Shown here piece after piece: positions 63,620 through 64,000 of a DNA stretch of 64,000 bases; the stretch's first letter is position 1, and every line of letters begins with the position of its first letter. The notes under the pieces are model-generated. The model searched no databases and had not been told where the DNA came from. It was given only the letters and a program-made list of their open reading frames with translations. Origin of the DNA: Thermoanaerobaculia bacterium (GTDB taxonomy: Bacteria; Acidobacteriota; Thermoanaerobaculia; UBA5066; Gp7-AA6); the NCBI GenBank assembly GCA_035498835.1, contig DATJZU010000158.1, positions 5,778 through 69,777 of the forward strand, in the 5' to 3' direction. Position numbers and translations under genes: made by a program.

Positions 63620-64000
63620 TTAAGCCGGGTCTCGCCCCGGGCAAAAATTAGGAACGCTCATCGGTGCGGACGAATTCCGAGTTCGCGACAGTCCGAGGCG
63701 GCCATGTTCGACCGCGATGCACCGATCCATCGCGACCGGAATGCCCGCCTCTTCCAGGAGCCTCGCGGACCCCGGGTCCACGACGCCCTGCTGCATGAAG
63801 AAGAATCCGACGCCCCGCGCGACGGCCTCCCGCGCCGTCGGCGCGACCTCCGAGGAGCGGCGGAAGACGTCCACGATGTCCAGAGCGACATCCGGCGGAA
63901 TCTCGGACAGATTTCGGTAACACGGCTGCCCGAGGATCTCTCGATGGCCCGGATTGACCGGCACGACCCGGTAGCCTGCCGCCATGAGGTAGCGCGCGAT
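63620..64000 (-). CDS. CoA-binding domain protein (YccU/YneT-like), 5'-partial at window end
   Basis: GYRVVPVNPGHREILGQPCYRNLSEIPPDVALDIVDVFRRSSEVAP. Confidence 0.6.
   Translation of the reverse strand: MARYLMAAGYRVVPVNPGHREILGQPCYRNLSEIPPDVALDIVDVFRRSSEVAPTAREAVARGVGFFFMQQGVVDPGSARLLEEAGIPVAMDRCIAVEHGRLGLSRTRNSSAPMSVPNFCPGRDPA

Overview
This 64 kb window is a very GC-rich (about 70% or more) bacterial chromosomal segment with dense, mostly overlapping genes and no obvious large mobile element, prophage or CRISPR array. The gene content is reminiscent of Acidobacteriota (a TonB-dependent receptor with a carboxypeptidase-regulatory-like N-terminus, a winged-helix regulator fused to a TolB-like beta-propeller, a MacB/FtsX-type permease next to a sigma-54 two-component system, many ECF/AraC/LysR regulators). 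That taxonomic call is an inference only.

Gene order, left to right:
- A 5'-truncated FtsX-type ABC permease, followed by an NtrC-like sigma-54 response regulator, a GNAT acetyltransferase and a sensor kinase.
- Two convergent regulators (LytTR and AraC), a small membrane protein, and a TonB-dependent receptor that has a strong sigma-54 promoter match plus a palindromic candidate upstream activator site.
- A divergent Ser/Thr kinase and a winged-helix/TolB-like regulator, then a Tat-signal IorAB-like molybdenum hydroxylase next to an ECF sigma factor.
- A detoxification-like block: NUDIX, AraC, RraA, DinB, F420-type reductase, LysR, cupin, DinB, nitronate monooxygenase, two amidohydrolases and PhzF.
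- coaE, miaE and a GT-A-like protein, with miaE and the GT-A-like gene translationally coupled.
- A long minus-strand envelope/housekeeping run: O-antigen ligase, xseA, xseB, ispA, two tandem Zn-alcohol dehydrogenases, tlyA, nadK, tamB and a BamA/TamA family protein.
- A glycosyltransferase island.
- The conserved thrS-infC-rpmI-rplT-pheS-pheT-zapB-zapA-rny-ymdB run, preceded by two tRNA-Val genes and an intrinsic terminator.
- A LOG family gene and a pyrE-like gene, a second sigma-54 activator, DegP, and a 5'-truncated CoA-binding protein.

Most interesting observations:
1. A Bcp peroxiredoxin gene carries an in-frame TGA exactly at the peroxidatic cysteine codon. A SECIS-like hairpin begins 8 nt downstream of that TGA. 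This makes it a candidate selenoprotein, but a likely homopolymer frameshift near its 3' end makes a pseudogene or assembly error a real alternative.
2. Two copies of a ~90-100 nt REP-like imperfect palindromic element, in mutually inverted orientation, tightly bracket the LOG and pyrE-like gene pair.
3. A structured intergenic element between rny and ymdB is built from inverted arrays of 7-nt repeats.
4. infC starts on a non-AUG codon (AUC).
5. An orphan minus-strand intrinsic terminator lies upstream of the tRNA pair.
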